Positions 19,149-30,085 of a DNA stretch of 64,000 bases are shown here, in pieces (the first letter of the stretch is position 1; each line of letters starts with the position of its first letter). The notes beneath the pieces were generated by a model. The model had not been told where the DNA came from. It was given only the letters and a program-made list of their open reading frames with translations, and searched no databases. Position numbers and translations under genes: made by a program. The stretch is from Candidatus Planktophila sp. (lineage in GTDB: Bacteria > Actinomycetota > Actinomycetes > Nanopelagicales > Nanopelagicaceae), in contig JBIIKH010000001.1 of assembly GCA_044233285.1 (NCBI GenBank), positions 54,972-118,971 of the forward strand, read 5' to 3'.

Positions 19149-21797
19149 TTACTCTGCCAGCAATGAACGAAGTACGTACTGCATGATTCCACCATGGCGG
19201 TAATAATCTGCTTCCCCCGGTGTATCGATACGAACTTTTGCACTAAAGCTCTTGGTCCCTGCAGTAACCGCTAACTCCTTTGGAACTCCGCCACTGTTTA
19301 GTGCGGTAATTCCAGTAATCGAATACGTCTCAGTACCGTCGAGGCCAAGTGAAGAAGCAGTATCGCCTTCATTGAATTGCAGAGGAAGTACACCCATGCC
19401 AATTAGATTAGAGCGATGAATACGCTCGAAGCTCTCAGCAATTACTGCACGAACGCCAAGAAGTGCTGTTCCCTTTGCAGCCCAGTCACGCGAGGATCCC
19501 GATCCATACTCTTTCCCCGCAAGAATTACTAAGGGAGTTCCAGCAGATTGGTATGCAACAGAGGCATCGTAAATTGTTGTTTGTTCTCCGCCAGCTAGGA
19601 AGTTGCGAGTAAATCCACCCTCAACGCCATCAAGGAGTAGATTTTTTAAGCGAATATTGGCAAATGTTCCACGAATCATAATCTCGTGATTACCTCGACG
19701 TGATCCATAGGAATTGAAATCTGCGCGATCAATTCCATGTTCTGCAAGATACTTTCCAGCTGGTGAGTCAGCCTTGATGTTTCCTGCTGGTGAAATGTGA
19801 TCTGTAGTAACGGAATCACCCAAAACAGCTAGCACTCGCGCTCCAGAAATATCCGTTACCGGTGTTGGCTCTTTTGGCATACCTTCAAAATATGGAGGTT
19901 TGCGGACATAGGTTGAATTGGTGTCCCATTCAAATGTTTTTCCTGTTGGAGTTGCAAGAGACTTCCAACGATGATCGCCTTCGAACACTGTTGCATAATC
20001 CTTTTTAAACATCTCTGATGAAATTGACGAGTCAATAACACTCTGAATTTCTTGAGGCGTTGGCCAAATGTCCTTCAGGTAGACATCGTTACCGTTCGTG
20101 TCCTTACCCAATGAATCTGTTTCAAAATCATGATCCATCGTGCCAGCTATTGCATAAGCAACTACGAGTGGAGGTGATGCAAGGTAGTTCATCTTTACAT
20201 CCGGACTGATGCGACCCTCAAAGTTTCGGTTACCTGATAGGACAGCTGTCACAGCCAGATCTGATTCATTAATTGCTTTACTGATATCAATCGGTAAAGG
20301 GCCAGAGTTTCCGATACATGTCACGCAACCATATCCAACTAGGTGGAATCCAAGTGCTTCCATGTATCGAGTTAAATCGGCACGATCGTAGTAATCAGTG
20401 ACTACCTTGGAACCTGGAGCAAGAGTCGTCTTAACCCAAGGCTTTGACTTAAGGCCCTTTTCAACCGCTTTCTTGGCAAGTAGAGCAGCACCAATCATTA
20501 CTGATGGATTAGATGTATTTGTACATGAAGTAATTGATGCAATAACAACATCGCCGTTTTTAACTCGAGTTGAACCGGCATCCACTTCACCGCGCGCAGT
20601 CTTGTCGCTGAAATAAGTAGGAACGATTTTTTCATATGCATTCTTTGAATCACTCAAGGTAATACGATCCTGGGGACGTTTTGGGCCTGAAATCGAAGGA
20701 ACCACGGTAGAAAGATCTAGCTCTACAACCTGAGAGAAACGTGGCTCTACGGATGGGTCATGCCACATTCCCTGCTTCTTTGCATACTGCTCGACCAAAG
20801 CGACCTGATCTTCGTTACGTCCTGTTAGGCGAAGGTAGCGAAGCGTTTCCTCATCTATCGGGAAAATTGCACATGTAGAACCATATTCAGGGCTCATATT
20901 TCCGATTGTTGTTCTGTTGGCCATAGGAACTGAAGTAACACCTGGACCAAAGAACTCAACAAACTTTCCAACAACGCCTACTTTTCGCAAAATTTCCGTG
21001 ATAGTCAATGCCATGTCTGTCGCTGTCGTACCTAATGGCAAGGCACCGGTTAACTTGAAACCGACTACGCGAGGGATCAACATCGAAACTGGCTGACCTA
21101 ATAACGCAGCTTCTGCCTCAATTCCACCAACACCCCAACCAAGAACACCAAGACCATTAACCATAGTTGTGTGTGAGTCTGTTCCAACGACAGTGTCAGG
21201 ATATGCACGAAGTGTTCCATTAACACTTCGTGTCATGACTACCCGTGCCAAATACTCAATGTTTACCTGGTGAACAATTCCTGTACCAGGTGGAACAACC
21301 TTGAACTCATCAAAGGCGGTCTGACCCCACCGTAAGAACCGGTAGCGTTCTTGGTTGCGTTCGTACTCAATATCTGTGTTCTGCTCAAATGAATCTTTAC
21401 TTCCAAACTTATCTGCGATAACAGAGTGATCAATTACGAGTTCAGCTGGAGCAAGCGGGTTTACCTTTGAAGCATCTCCCCCAAGTTCAACGATTGCCTC
21501 ACGCATCGTTGCAAGGTCTACAACACATGGCACGCCTGTGAAATCCTGCATTACAACACGAGCGGGAGTGAATTGAATTTCAGTATCTGGCTCGACAGTT
21601 GGATCCCAGGCAGCAAGGGCTTTAATGTGATCGGCGGTGATGTTGGCCCCATCTTCGGTCCGAAGAAGGTTTTCCAGAAGCACCTTGAGACTAAAGGGAA
21701 GGTTTGAAGAACCCTCAATTGAGGAGATATCAAAGATCTCAAAACTCTTACCCGCAACTTCTAGATTCTTCTTTGCGTTGAAAGAGTTCTTACTCAT
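19149..21797 (-). CDS. acnA: Aconitate hydratase A
   Basis: 'QDFTGVP', 'GTDSHT', 'ITSCTNTSN', '[12 protein letters not shown]', '[10 protein letters not shown]'; start moved to ATG 21797. Confidence 0.95.
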   Translation of the reverse strand: MSKNSFNAKKNLEVAGKSFEIFDISSIEGSSNLPFSLKVLLENLLRTEDGANITADHIKALAAWDPTVEPDTEIQFTPARVVMQDFTGVPCVVDLATMREAIVELGGDASKVNPLAPAELVIDHSVIADKFGSKDSFEQNTDIEYERNQERYRFLRWGQTAFDEFKVVPPGTGIVHQVNIEYLARVVMTRSVNGTLRAYPDTVVGTDSHTTMVNGLGVLGWGVGGIEAEAALLGQPVSMLIPRVVGFKLTGALPLGTTATDMALTITEILRKVGVVGKFVEFFGPGVTSVPMANRTTIGNMSPEYGSTCAIFPIDEETLRYLRLTGRNEDQVALVEQYAKKQGMWHDPSVEPRFSQVVELDLSTVVPSISGPKRPQDRITLSDSKNAYEKIVPTYFSDKTARGEVDAGSTRVKNGDVVIASITSCTNTSNPSVMIGAALLAKKAVEKGLKSKPWVKTTLAPGSKVVTDYYDRADLTRYMEALGFHLVGYGCVTCIGNSGPLPIDISKAINESDLAVTAVLSGNRNFEGRISPDVKMNYLASPPLVVAYAIAGTMDHDFETDSLGKDTNGNDVYLKDIWPTPQEIQSVIDSSISSEMFKKDYATVFEGDHRWKSLATPTGKTFEWDTNSTYVRKPPYFEGMPKEPTPVTDISGARVLAVLGDSVTTDHISPAGNIKADSPAGKYLAEHGIDRADFNSYGSRRGNHEIMIRGTFANIRLKNLLLDGVEGGFTRNFLAGGEQTTIYDASVAYQSAGTPLVILAGKEYGSGSSRDWAAKGTALLGVRAVIAESFERIHRSNLIGMGVLPLQFNEGDTASSLGLDGTETYSITGITALNSGGVPKELAVTAGTKSFSAKVRIDTPGEADYYRHGGIMQYVLRSLLAE

Positions 21798-21819
21798 TAT
21801 TTGCCCTTCGTAGAAGCCT

Positions 21820-23043
21820 TTAGAGTGCTGAAGATACCTCAGCGCGCTCATACAGGGCAACACATTCGATGTGATGTGTCATTGGAAAGAGATCAAAAGC
21901 ACGTACTTTTACGAGTGAATATCTGTGATCTGCAAGATAGGCAGTATCTCTGGCTAGGGCAGCGGGGTCACATGCCACATACACAATTGCGCGTGGTGCC
22001 AATTGTGCTATGAGCGCAACTGCGTCCTTGCCCGCTCCATCTCTTGGCGGATCCAAAACAACAACATCAGCTGCCGTAATTCTTGGCAATAGTTTTGCAA
22101 CATCGCCAGTTGCAATAGTTATGTTTGTGTATGAATTGAAGTTACGAGCAGCATCTGCGGTAGCAACTTTACTGCCTTCAATGAGATCCACATGTCCCGT
22201 TGGCCCTACCGCATCCACAATTGCCGCAGAGAATAAACCGACCCCTCCGTAAAGATCTAGAACATGTTCGCCGGTTTTCAATGTGGCAAAATCAAGAACC
22301 GCCTGGGTCAATATTTCTGGAGCCCTGTTGTGACTCTGCCAAAAAGATTCTTGGCTCACCTCTAAACTCCTTCCCAAAACTTCTTCATGAAGTATGGAAG
22401 GACCCTCAGTTAAACGTGCTTTCTCTTCTCCACGAGTTGGCGCAAGCGCGATTGAGCGTTCGCCAGTATTTGAAGCACTAATCTCAACTCGAACATCCCC
22501 CTTAAGGTCGCGACCGGCAACTTCGCTAAAATTCATTCCCTTAACACAAATTATGCAATCAGTAACCGCTGCAATCGAGTGGGACCTAGATTTATAGAAT
22601 CCTAGGTTTCCATTGCGGTCAGTAGTAGCTATAGCGCGAGTTCTCCAGCCGACGCTCTCGGCAACTTCTTCAACTTCTATTCGAATATCAATCTTTGCAA
22701 TTCGTGCGAATTGCTCAGTGATGACATCAGATTTTAATGAGCGTTGATGATCTACCGAAATATGCTGGAAATCGCATCCACCGCAGCCGTTTCGATGCGC
22801 GAAGCTGCATGGAGCAACAACGCGGAACTCTGAAGGATTTTCTACCGAAACTACATCAGCTCGATTAAAGGATGATCCTGTGCTTGTGATCTGAATTGTG
22901 CAATTTTCGCCAGGAATAGCATGGCGAACAAAGATAACCGCCCCGTCATGTCGCGCAATAAAATGTCCCCCGTGTGCCACTTTTTCGATGGTGACCTGCA
23001 GGAGATCTCCTGTTTTTAGGGTGGAATTCTTGTTTGATGCCAT
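21820..23043 (-). CDS. TRAM-domain RNA (uracil-5)-methyltransferase (RlmD/TrmA family)
   Basis: TRAM N-terminus, 'CGGCDFQH', 'SFWQ', 'LDPPRDG', 'YVACDP', '[10 protein letters not shown]'. Confidence 0.9.
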   Translation of the reverse strand: MASNKNSTLKTGDLLQVTIEKVAHGGHFIARHDGAVIFVRHAIPGENCTIQITSTGSSFNRADVVSVENPSEFRVVAPCSFAHRNGCGGCDFQHISVDHQRSLKSDVITEQFARIAKIDIRIEVEEVAESVGWRTRAIATTDRNGNLGFYKSRSHSIAAVTDCIICVKGMNFSEVAGRDLKGDVRVEISASNTGERSIALAPTRGEEKARLTEGPSILHEEVLGRSLEVSQESFWQSHNRAPEILTQAVLDFATLKTGEHVLDLYGGVGLFSAAIVDAVGPTGHVDLIEGSKVATADAARNFNSYTNITIATGDVAKLLPRITAADVVVLDPPRDGAGKDAVALIAQLAPRAIVYVACDPAALARDTAYLADHRYSLVKVRAFDLFPMTHHIECVALYERAEVSSAL

Positions 23044-23075
23044 GGATGTAAGCCTATGGGTGTAAGTTACATCCT

Positions 23076-23744
23076 GTGCACGTAGTCATCATGGGTTGCG
23101 GTCGAGTTGGTTCATCACTCGCCACCGAACTAGAAGCAGCCGGCCATACAGTCGCAGTTATCGACCAGGCTCGTGAAGCATTCCGTCGACTGGGTCCAAA
23201 TTTTAAAGGTCGCACGGTCACAGGAGTTGGCTTTGATCGCGAAGTATTACTAGAAGCTGGCATCCAAGACGCAGATGCTTTTGCAGCCGTTAGTAATGGT
23301 GACAACTCAAACATTCTTGCTGCTCGTGTTGCTCGCGAAACATATGGTGTCCAAAATGTTGTCGCTCGAATTTATGACCCAGGTCGCGCAGAAATTTATC
23401 AGCGCCTGGGCATTCCAACTGTTGCAACTGTTTTATGGGCAACTGATCAAATTCTTCGACGCCTTTCTCCAGAGGGTTCTAAGTCTGAATGGCGCGATGC
23501 AACAGGTATGGTCCAGCTCTGCGAAATGCATCCGCACAGCCAGTGGTATGGACGCCCGATTCTTTTGATTGACGCCCTTACTCCGGCCCGTGTTGCATTC
23601 ATTACGCGCTTAGGCGAAGGCTTGATCCCTGACGAACACACAGTTTTACAGCAAGGCGATCTGATTCATGTGATGGTTTCAGATGCAGATGTCGCTCGAA
23701 CTGAAGAAATCCTTGCAAGTAGCCCAGAAGGTGAACGTCAATGA
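23076..23744 (+). CDS. trkA: TrkA family K+ uptake regulatory (RCK) protein, CeoB-like
   Basis: 'IMGCGRVGS', 'GDNSNI', 'VARIYDP'. Confidence 0.9.
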   Translation: MHVVIMGCGRVGSSLATELEAAGHTVAVIDQAREAFRRLGPNFKGRTVTGVGFDREVLLEAGIQDADAFAAVSNGDNSNILAARVARETYGVQNVVARIYDPGRAEIYQRLGIPTVATVLWATDQILRRLSPEGSKSEWRDATGMVQLCEMHPHSQWYGRPILLIDALTPARVAFITRLGEGLIPDEHTVLQQGDLIHVMVSDADVARTEEILASSPEGERQ

Positions 23745-24397
23745 GAATTGCTATCGCAGGCGCCGGAAATGTTGGACGAGCTATTGCTCGTGAACTTTTG
23801 GATAATGGTCATCAAGTTCTCTTGATCGACAAGGATCCTAAGGCCCTGAAGTTAGAGAGTGTCCCGGATGCAGAATGGCTAATGGCTGATGCTTGCGAAA
23901 TCACATCTCTAGACAACGCACATCTGAATAACTGCCAGGTACTAGTAGCAGCAACAGGTGATGACAAGGCAAACCTTGTGACTTCCCTCCTTGGTAAGAC
24001 TGAGTATGGCGTGCCACGTGTTGTTGCCAGAATTAATCATCCAAAGAATGAATGGTTGTTTGACTCTTCATGGGGTGTTGATGTTGCGGTGTCTACTCCG
24101 CGCATTATTTCTGCCCTCGTTGAAGAAGCAGTAAGTGTTGGCGATGTTGTTCGTCTATTCTCATTTAGAAAAGGCCAAGCAAACCTTGTCGAACTTACTC
24201 TGCCAGATGGCTCTGCCTGTATCGGAAAGACTGTTGAAGAGATTGAACTACCTGAAAATGCGGCCATAGCAGCCATCGTTAGAGACGGCCGTGTGATTAC
24301 AGCTAAAGCACATGATGTCTTTGCCGCAGGAGATGAACTTCTCTTCGTTGCTTCGGCCGATGCCGAGGCTCAGATTAAAGCTTGTTTTATCTCTTAA
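23741..24397 (+). CDS. TrkA family RCK protein, CeoC-like
   Basis: 'IAGAGNVG', 'TGDDKANL', 'WGVDVAVSTP', TrkA-C domain. Confidence 0.9.
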   Translation: MRIAIAGAGNVGRAIARELLDNGHQVLLIDKDPKALKLESVPDAEWLMADACEITSLDNAHLNNCQVLVAATGDDKANLVTSLLGKTEYGVPRVVARINHPKNEWLFDSSWGVDVAVSTPRIISALVEEAVSVGDVVRLFSFRKGQANLVELTLPDGSACIGKTVEEIELPENAAIAAIVRDGRVITAKAHDVFAAGDELLFVASADAEAQIKACFIS

Positions 24398-25023
24398 TTG
24401 CCCTGAGTTGACTGGGCAGCACTAGTAGTTGGAACTCTCTTTATAATTTCCCAAGTCGCCCAAAGAGTTAGCAAATACAGGGGCAGTCCTAAAAATATGT
24501 TCGCTATTCCAAGTGCAGTTAGATAGTCCTTGTGAAAAAGAAAATATTGGACGACGAATCTAATTGCAAACATTGAGAACCAGACCCAACTCGCCATCGT
24601 GTATGCCCTAAGTCGAAGCGTGTCTTTTCGCCATCGAGTATCTTCGCCCAAAATCGGTCCCAGTATTACGCCAATGATCGGCCAACGAATGGCATTTCCA
24701 AATGCATATACGCCAAGAAATATGGCATTTTTCGTGATACTCGGAGCAAAATAACCTTTTGGACTATTTGTAAAATACGCAAACGCCGCGCAAATCATTA
24801 CGCCAATTAACCCTGAGAATGAATGAAGTAAGGAGTCTTTTTTCAAAATTCTTATACAGGTTAATATCACTGCGGTCGAAAGTGCGACAATCAAAGATAT
24901 TTTTAGGTTGTGAGCAATACTCTGCGTGAAAACAAAAAGTAACGAGGGAACCGATGAATCAATTATCCCCTTTTTTCCACCAAATGCTTGAATTACTTTT
25001 GCTTTTTCGTCTTCCTGCATCAT
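24394..25023 (-). CDS. DUF3159 family membrane protein
   Basis: 'AFGGKKGIIDSSVP', 'RWPIIGVILG', 'WRKD'; usual position after dut. Confidence 0.8.
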   Translation of the reverse strand: MMQEDEKAKVIQAFGGKKGIIDSSVPSLLFVFTQSIAHNLKISLIVALSTAVILTCIRILKKDSLLHSFSGLIGVMICAAFAYFTNSPKGYFAPSITKNAIFLGVYAFGNAIRWPIIGVILGPILGEDTRWRKDTLRLRAYTMASWVWFSMFAIRFVVQYFLFHKDYLTALGIANIFLGLPLYLLTLWATWEIIKRVPTTSAAQSTQGN

Positions 25024-25463
25024 GAAATACCTGTCGAACCAAAGCCGCCAGCACCACGACCAGAACCAGGCAATTCTTGAACTTCAACAAATTCTGCACG
25101 TTCTACTTTCTGAATTACTAACTGAGCAATGCGATCACCTTTGTGAAAGGTAATGGCCTCTTTCGGATCATGGTTGATCATGATGCACTGCAATTCTCCG
25201 CGATAACCAGCATCAACAGTTCCGGGGGCATTGACCATCGTCACGCCATGTTTAATGGCTAAACCTGATCGGGGATGAACCAAGGCCACGTAACCATCTG
25301 GTAGTGCAATTGAGATCCCGGTGGGAACAAGTGCGCGCTCCCCTGGTTGCAATGTCACTTCGATGCGACTCACGATATCTGCTCCCGCGTCCCCTCCTTT
25401 TGCATAACTTGGCATAGGGATAGATGGGTCTAAACGTGTAATCAAAACCTGCAAGTTCGCCAT
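25020..25463 (-). CDS. dut: dUTP diphosphatase
   Basis: 'GDAGAD', 'PRSGLA', 'GTVDAGYRGE', 'RIAQL', 'RGAGGFGSTG'. Confidence 0.95.
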   Translation of the reverse strand: MANLQVLITRLDPSIPMPSYAKGGDAGADIVSRIEVTLQPGERALVPTGISIALPDGYVALVHPRSGLAIKHGVTMVNAPGTVDAGYRGELQCIMINHDPKEAITFHKGDRIAQLVIQKVERAEFVEVQELPGSGRGAGGFGSTGIS

Positions 25464-25465
25464 AT

Positions 25466-26050
25466 CTAAGGATTAATCTCAAATGTCGGATCAACAAAAG
25501 CCATTAACTCAGGAGTCTTTGCCATTTGCTCTAAATACTCTTTCGGGGCGTTATTCATGAAGTGATCCATAGGAACAATTATATAAAGCGCTGCTGCGCG
25601 AACGGCAATTTCACCATCTGCAGAGTTAAGACGCCCGATAGCTGATGTGTAAACCTTACGATTTACCTGTCCGGTTATCTCTGCAGTTATATGAAGCGTG
25701 CTACCCATAGGCACTGGCTTGATGAAATCTGTTTCTAAGCGTCCAGTTACCGCTGGTGCTCGAAGCAACCACATTAATTTTCCAAGCGCTTCATCAAAAG
25801 CAAGAGACAAAAGTCCACCATGGGCAAGACCAGGTGCACCTTGATGATTTTCTGTCACTGTAAATTCTGCAGAAATGTCCAAGCCTTCACCTGAATATGC
25901 AACAAGGTGTAATCCGGTGGGATGTAATTCACCGCAACCAAAGCAATGTCCAAAATGTGAAGGAATTTTTGATCCAGCAGCCGGTGCTTGCGGGTGACGT
26001 TCTGGAAGAGGTGAGCCCTCCGGAGCTGTTGTGCTTGGAATCCTAGCCAT
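25466..26050 (-). CDS. PaaI family thioesterase
   Basis: 'CFGCG', 'HQGAPGLAHGG', 'FDEALG' hotdog-fold motifs. Confidence 0.85.
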   Translation of the reverse strand: MARIPSTTAPEGSPLPERHPQAPAAGSKIPSHFGHCFGCGELHPTGLHLVAYSGEGLDISAEFTVTENHQGAPGLAHGGLLSLAFDEALGKLMWLLRAPAVTGRLETDFIKPVPMGSTLHITAEITGQVNRKVYTSAIGRLNSADGEIAVRAAALYIIVPMDHFMNNAPKEYLEQMAKTPELMAFVDPTFEINP

Positions 26051-26091
26051 ATAGCAAGGTTACCGCCTTCATATCCGATACGGTAACACCC

Positions 26092-26523
26092 ATGCGTTAC
26101 CGCGAAGTGATACGTGCACCACTATGGCTTTTGGCCGTTATTTACTTCTTCTTGCTCACTTTAGTAATTTCCATCTGGTCAGCCCTAGGAGACAATGCTG
26201 GATTAATTGCTCTTGCCGCAGTCTCGGCTGCAATTGTTTGGCTCTACATTGTTACAGCATTGACTATTGAAGTTAACGACAAAGAACTTCGCGTTGGCAA
26301 AGCACATATTCATTTAAGTTTTATTGGCCAGTGCGTTGATTTAGATGCTCAAGCAATCCGACTAACTAGAACCCGTGATGCAGATCCACAAGCCTTTCTT
26401 GCGATCAGATTTTGGGCATCTAAAGGTGTCAAGGTTGCAATCAATGACGAACGGGATACAACCCCATATTGGCTAATAAGTAGTAATAACGGATCAGAGT
26501 TAATAAAGGCACTACAAAACTAA
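26092..26523 (+). CDS. DUF3093 family membrane protein
   Basis: Two TM helices; 'LRVGKAHI', 'DPQAFLAIRFW', 'DTTPYWLISS'. Confidence 0.82.
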   Translation: MRYREVIRAPLWLLAVIYFFLLTLVISIWSALGDNAGLIALAAVSAAIVWLYIVTALTIEVNDKELRVGKAHIHLSFIGQCVDLDAQAIRLTRTRDADPQAFLAIRFWASKGVKVAINDERDTTPYWLISSNNGSELIKALQN

Positions 26524-26533
26524 AGCCGTAGAG

Positions 26534-26830
26534 TTAATTGCACTCTTTACAAACTGCTTTAGCGCCTTCACCCTTAGCAAGCTGAGTAATGTGGTGAACT
26601 AAGAAACAGCGAGAGCAGGTGAACTCATCAACTTGCTTAGGCACAACACGAACAGCTAACTCTTCACCTGACAAATCTGCACCAGGTAACTCAAGATTTT
26701 CCGCAGCCTCTGCCTCATCAACATCGATCTGACCGGATTGAGCATCAACACGCTTAGCCTTGAGTTCTTCTAGAGACTCCTCATGAAGTTCCTCATCAGT
26801 TTTTCTGGGTGTGTCGTAATCTGTTGCCAT
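26534..26830 (-). CDS. DUF4193 family protein
   Basis: 'MATDYDTPRK', 'ELPGADLSGEEL', 'EFTCSRCFLVHH', 'CKEC'. Confidence 0.9.
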   Translation of the reverse strand: MATDYDTPRKTDEELHEESLEELKAKRVDAQSGQIDVDEAEAAENLELPGADLSGEELAVRVVPKQVDEFTCSRCFLVHHITQLAKGEGAKAVCKECN

Positions 26831-26903
26831 TGCTCTCACCGCCTTTCACTATGTGCACATAACTGCTTTCGGGCGCATCATGGCGCATTTAACAGGGCTA
26901 TGT

Positions 26904-26936
26904 AGGATATAACGCGCGGCGTGTCGGTGTTATTCC
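26904..26936 (-). promoter_or_regulatory. DUF4193 promoter: GACAC-N11-TATCCT (WhiA-type) overlapped by GGAAT-N18-GTT (SigR/SigH-type)
   Basis: Minus strand reads GGAATaacaccGACACgccgcgcGTTaTATCCT. Confidence 0.55.
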
Positions 26937-28393
26937 CCACTTATGCGGGATTTCTCGATTCTTTGAGCCAATCCCCCGCTAACGAGAGCGTGAATGGATG
27001 TTCCTTCTTCCAGATACTGCTCCGAAAAGATTTCTCCACTTTCATGAATCGCGTGGACCAAATCACCTCGATCGTAAGGAATTACAACATTTATCTCTAC
27101 CGACGGCCTTGGCAGTGAACTCTCAATTGCATGGAGCAAGCCTTCGATTCCAAATCCTGTGCGGACCGAGAATGCATAACTATTTGGCTCTTTGCGCAAT
27201 ATCTCCATAATCACTTCAGGATCAGCAATGTCAACTTTATTGATGGCAATAATTTCGGGGATATCTTTCCCACCGATCTCATCTATTACTAATCTGACCG
27301 CACGGATTTGTTCAAATGGATCTGGGTGTGAGCCATCGACTACATGCACAATAAGATCTGACCCGGAAACTTCCTCAAGTGTGGACTTGAAAGCATCAAT
27401 TAACTGATGTGGAAGGTGACGAACAAAACCCACTGTGTCGCTCAATGTATAGACACGACCATCAGATGTTTCAGATTTGCGCACAGTCGGATCAAGAGTT
27501 GCAAACAAAGCGTTTTCTACCAAAACCCCAGCGTTAGTTAACTTGTTCAATAATGAAGACTTACCAGCATTGGTGTAACCAGCAATAGCAACAGATGGAA
27601 TATTAAAGCGACGGCGCTCTTGTCGTTTGGTATCTCTAGAGACCTTCATTTCAGCAATTTCGCGACGTAGTTTCGCCATTTTGTCACGGATGCGGCGTCT
27701 ATCAGTTTCAATCTTTGTTTCACCTGGTCCACGTCCACCAATTCCCGCACCACCGGCTGCGCGACCACCCACCTGTCGGGAAAGTGAATCTCCCCAACCA
27801 CGAAGGCGTGGCAATAAATATGCAATCTGAGCAAGTTCAACTTGTGCCTTACCCTCTTTGCTTTTTGCGTGCTGAGCGAAAATATCTAAAATCAAAGCGG
27901 TGCGATCGACGACCTTGACCTTCAACTTGTCTTCAAGTTGTCGAAGTTGCGATGGAGATAGTTCGCCGTCACAAACAACAGTGTCAGCACCTGTTGACTG
28001 CACAACTTGCTTTAGTTCTATGACCTTTCCGGAACCAATGTAGGTCGCAGGATCAGGTTTAACTCGTCTTTGAATTAAACCTTCTAGGACTTCAGAGCCA
28101 GCAGTTTCTGCCAAAGCTTTAAGTTCTGCTAGTGAATTTTCAGCATCTTTAATTGTGCCTTCAGTCCATACGCCAACCAACACCACACGTTCTAGTTGTA
28201 GTTGGCGATATTCAGCTTCAGAAATATCCTGAAGTTCAGTTGAAAATCCTTTTACGCGACGAAGTGCATGACGTTCTTCTAGCTCCTGAGATTGATCGCT
28301 GTGATCATCTTCTTCGCTGGCATCATATTCAGCAGCAACTCGCGCGCTTTCGCGCAGCAATGACTCAAACTCGTCATCGAAGTCCTTACTCAA
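26930..28393 (-). CDS. hflX: GTPase HflX
   Basis: 'GYTNAGKSSL', 'LFATLDPT', 'SDTVGF', 'NKVD'. Confidence 0.95.
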   Translation of the reverse strand: MSKDFDDEFESLLRESARVAAEYDASEEDDHSDQSQELEERHALRRVKGFSTELQDISEAEYRQLQLERVVLVGVWTEGTIKDAENSLAELKALAETAGSEVLEGLIQRRVKPDPATYIGSGKVIELKQVVQSTGADTVVCDGELSPSQLRQLEDKLKVKVVDRTALILDIFAQHAKSKEGKAQVELAQIAYLLPRLRGWGDSLSRQVGGRAAGGAGIGGRGPGETKIETDRRRIRDKMAKLRREIAEMKVSRDTKRQERRRFNIPSVAIAGYTNAGKSSLLNKLTNAGVLVENALFATLDPTVRKSETSDGRVYTLSDTVGFVRHLPHQLIDAFKSTLEEVSGSDLIVHVVDGSHPDPFEQIRAVRLVIDEIGGKDIPEIIAINKVDIADPEVIMEILRKEPNSYAFSVRTGFGIEGLLHAIESSLPRPSVEINVVIPYDRGDLVHAIHESGEIFSEQYLEEGTSIHALVSGGLAQRIEKSRISGE

Positions 28394-29183
28394 CCAAGAA
28401 CCTCGAGATATCTACATCGCGAATAAGAACCGCAGGTCCAGTTAATGTTGCATTTGAATGCCCATCGATTGAAACCTCTAACCGACCACCAGGTGGCGTG
28501 ATAATCCAGGTTGCAGGCAGCTGTGCCTTGGTGTGTAAGGTTGCAGCAAGTGCCACAGCGCATGTGCCAGTACCACAGGATCTAGTTTCACCCGATCCGC
28601 GTTCGTATACCCTCATCAAAACTGTATTGCCATCAACAATCTTTACAAATTCAACATTAACGCCTTCAGGATAAGAATCACGAGGCCTGACAACTGGAGC
28701 ATCATCTAATACACCAATGTCAGACATCTCATCAACAAATACAACCGCATGAGGATTACCGACACTGATGTTGTACCCATTCCAAATGTGACCATTAACC
28801 GCTGCCGTAATTGCTTCACCCTCATCGGTTACTTGGCCCATATTGACTGAAATATCATCTGTTAGTGGCACACGTAAATGCTTAATTCCATCGCGGGTAT
28901 TGATGGCAAAAATACCTTCGGGTTGATGACCTCTTTCGACTAGATATCTAGCCATAACACGAATTCCGTTACCGCACATTTCAGCCAGAGATCCATCAGC
29001 ATTTCTGTAATCCATAAACCATTTTTCATCACGTTTGATAATACGAATTAAGCCATCAGCGCCTATTCCAGTTTCGCGATTACAAATCGCCGCAGTTTGG
29101 GCAGTTGTAATCGAATTTTCATCCGTTGGATCAAAAACAAGGACAAAGTCATTTTCTGTCCCATGGCCATATGTTGCAATCAT
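28386..29183 (-). CDS. dapF: Diaminopimelate epimerase
   Basis: 'GHGTENDF', 'NADGSLAEMCGNG', 'GNPH', 'ERGSGETRSCGTG'. Confidence 0.95.
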   Translation of the reverse strand: MIATYGHGTENDFVLVFDPTDENSITTAQTAAICNRETGIGADGLIRIIKRDEKWFMDYRNADGSLAEMCGNGIRVMARYLVERGHQPEGIFAINTRDGIKHLRVPLTDDISVNMGQVTDEGEAITAAVNGHIWNGYNISVGNPHAVVFVDEMSDIGVLDDAPVVRPRDSYPEGVNVEFVKIVDGNTVLMRVYERGSGETRSCGTGTCAVALAATLHTKAQLPATWIITPPGGRLEVSIDGHSNATLTGPAVLIRDVDISRFLVE

Positions 29184-29188
29184 TATCG

Positions 29189-30085
29189 TTAGTTTATCGA
29201 TTCAAGTATGCGCTGGAGTGGAATTTGTGCCGGTGAGATCCAGGTAATGCGCTCATCACGTGAAAACCATGTCTCTTGTCGGCGTGCATACTGCCGAGTT
29301 GCTCTCTTTGTCTCTTCCTTCGCTTCCTCCTCAGTGACTTTTCCTTCAATCTGAGCGATCACTTGTGCATACCCAAGTGCGCGTTGGGCGGTTATTCCCT
29401 GGGTAATACCTGCGCTCATCAACTTCTCTACCTCAGCCACCAGTCCCAATTCCCACATACGCTCTACTCGATTCGAAATCCGTTCAGACAGGGCGTCTCG
29501 ATCCATCACTAATCCAAACTGCTGCGCATTTGGGTAAAGAGAACTAGCTTCTCGAGGCAAATTGGCAGTAAACGGCTTACCTGTAATTTTGATGACCTCT
29601 AATGCGCGAATTACTCGCCTGGAGTTTGCCTTATCTATAGCAATAGCAGCAGCTGGATCCAATTTTTCCAATCTCTCAAAGAGTGGAGCTATGCCTTTTG
29701 TTGCAAACTCCAACTCTAATTCCGCACGAACGACTGGATCTGTGTCTGGAAAATTCAGTTCATCCAAAATTGCTTTAATGTATAAACCGGTACCGCCAAC
29801 AATAATCACATTTTTTCCACGAGTATGAATTTCTGTAATAGCTGCCCGTGCTTTCTCTTGGTACCAAGCAACATTTGCATCCTGTGTGACATCGAGTAGA
29901 TCCATCAAATGATGGGCAATACCTTTACGCTCTTTAATTGTGATTTTCGCAGTTCCAATATCCATGCCTTTATACAGCTGCATTGAATCAGCATTAATGA
30001 TTTCAGCGTCTATTTCATGAGCAAGGGTTACTGCTAAATCACTTTTGCCTGTGGCTGTAGCGCCACATATGACAATCAATTTCAT
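29189..30085 (-). CDS. miaA: tRNA dimethylallyltransferase
   Basis: 'GATATGKS', '[15 protein letters not shown]', 'VGGTGLY', 'YARRQETW'. Confidence 0.95.
   Translation of the reverse strand: MKLIVICGATATGKSDLAVTLAHEIDAEIINADSMQLYKGMDIGTAKITIKERKGIAHHLMDLLDVTQDANVAWYQEKARAAITEIHTRGKNVIIVGGTGLYIKAILDELNFPDTDPVVRAELELEFATKGIAPLFERLEKLDPAAAIAIDKANSRRVIRALEVIKITGKPFTANLPREASSLYPNAQQFGLVMDRDALSERISNRVERMWELGLVAEVEKLMSAGITQGITAQRALGYAQVIAQIEGKVTEEEAKEETKRATRQYARRQETWFSRDERITWISPAQIPLQRILESIN

Noticed and set aside
24394-25023. AT-rich look of the DUF3159 gene (also pimB) as horizontal transfer
   Set aside because: Both genes are in their expected syntenic positions; composition was not quantified and may reflect fast evolution.
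26922-26929. TGTCGGTG on the plus strand as a PafBC site
   Set aside because: No -10 at 8-nt spacing and no credible plus-strand gene; it is part of the GACAC box on the other strand.
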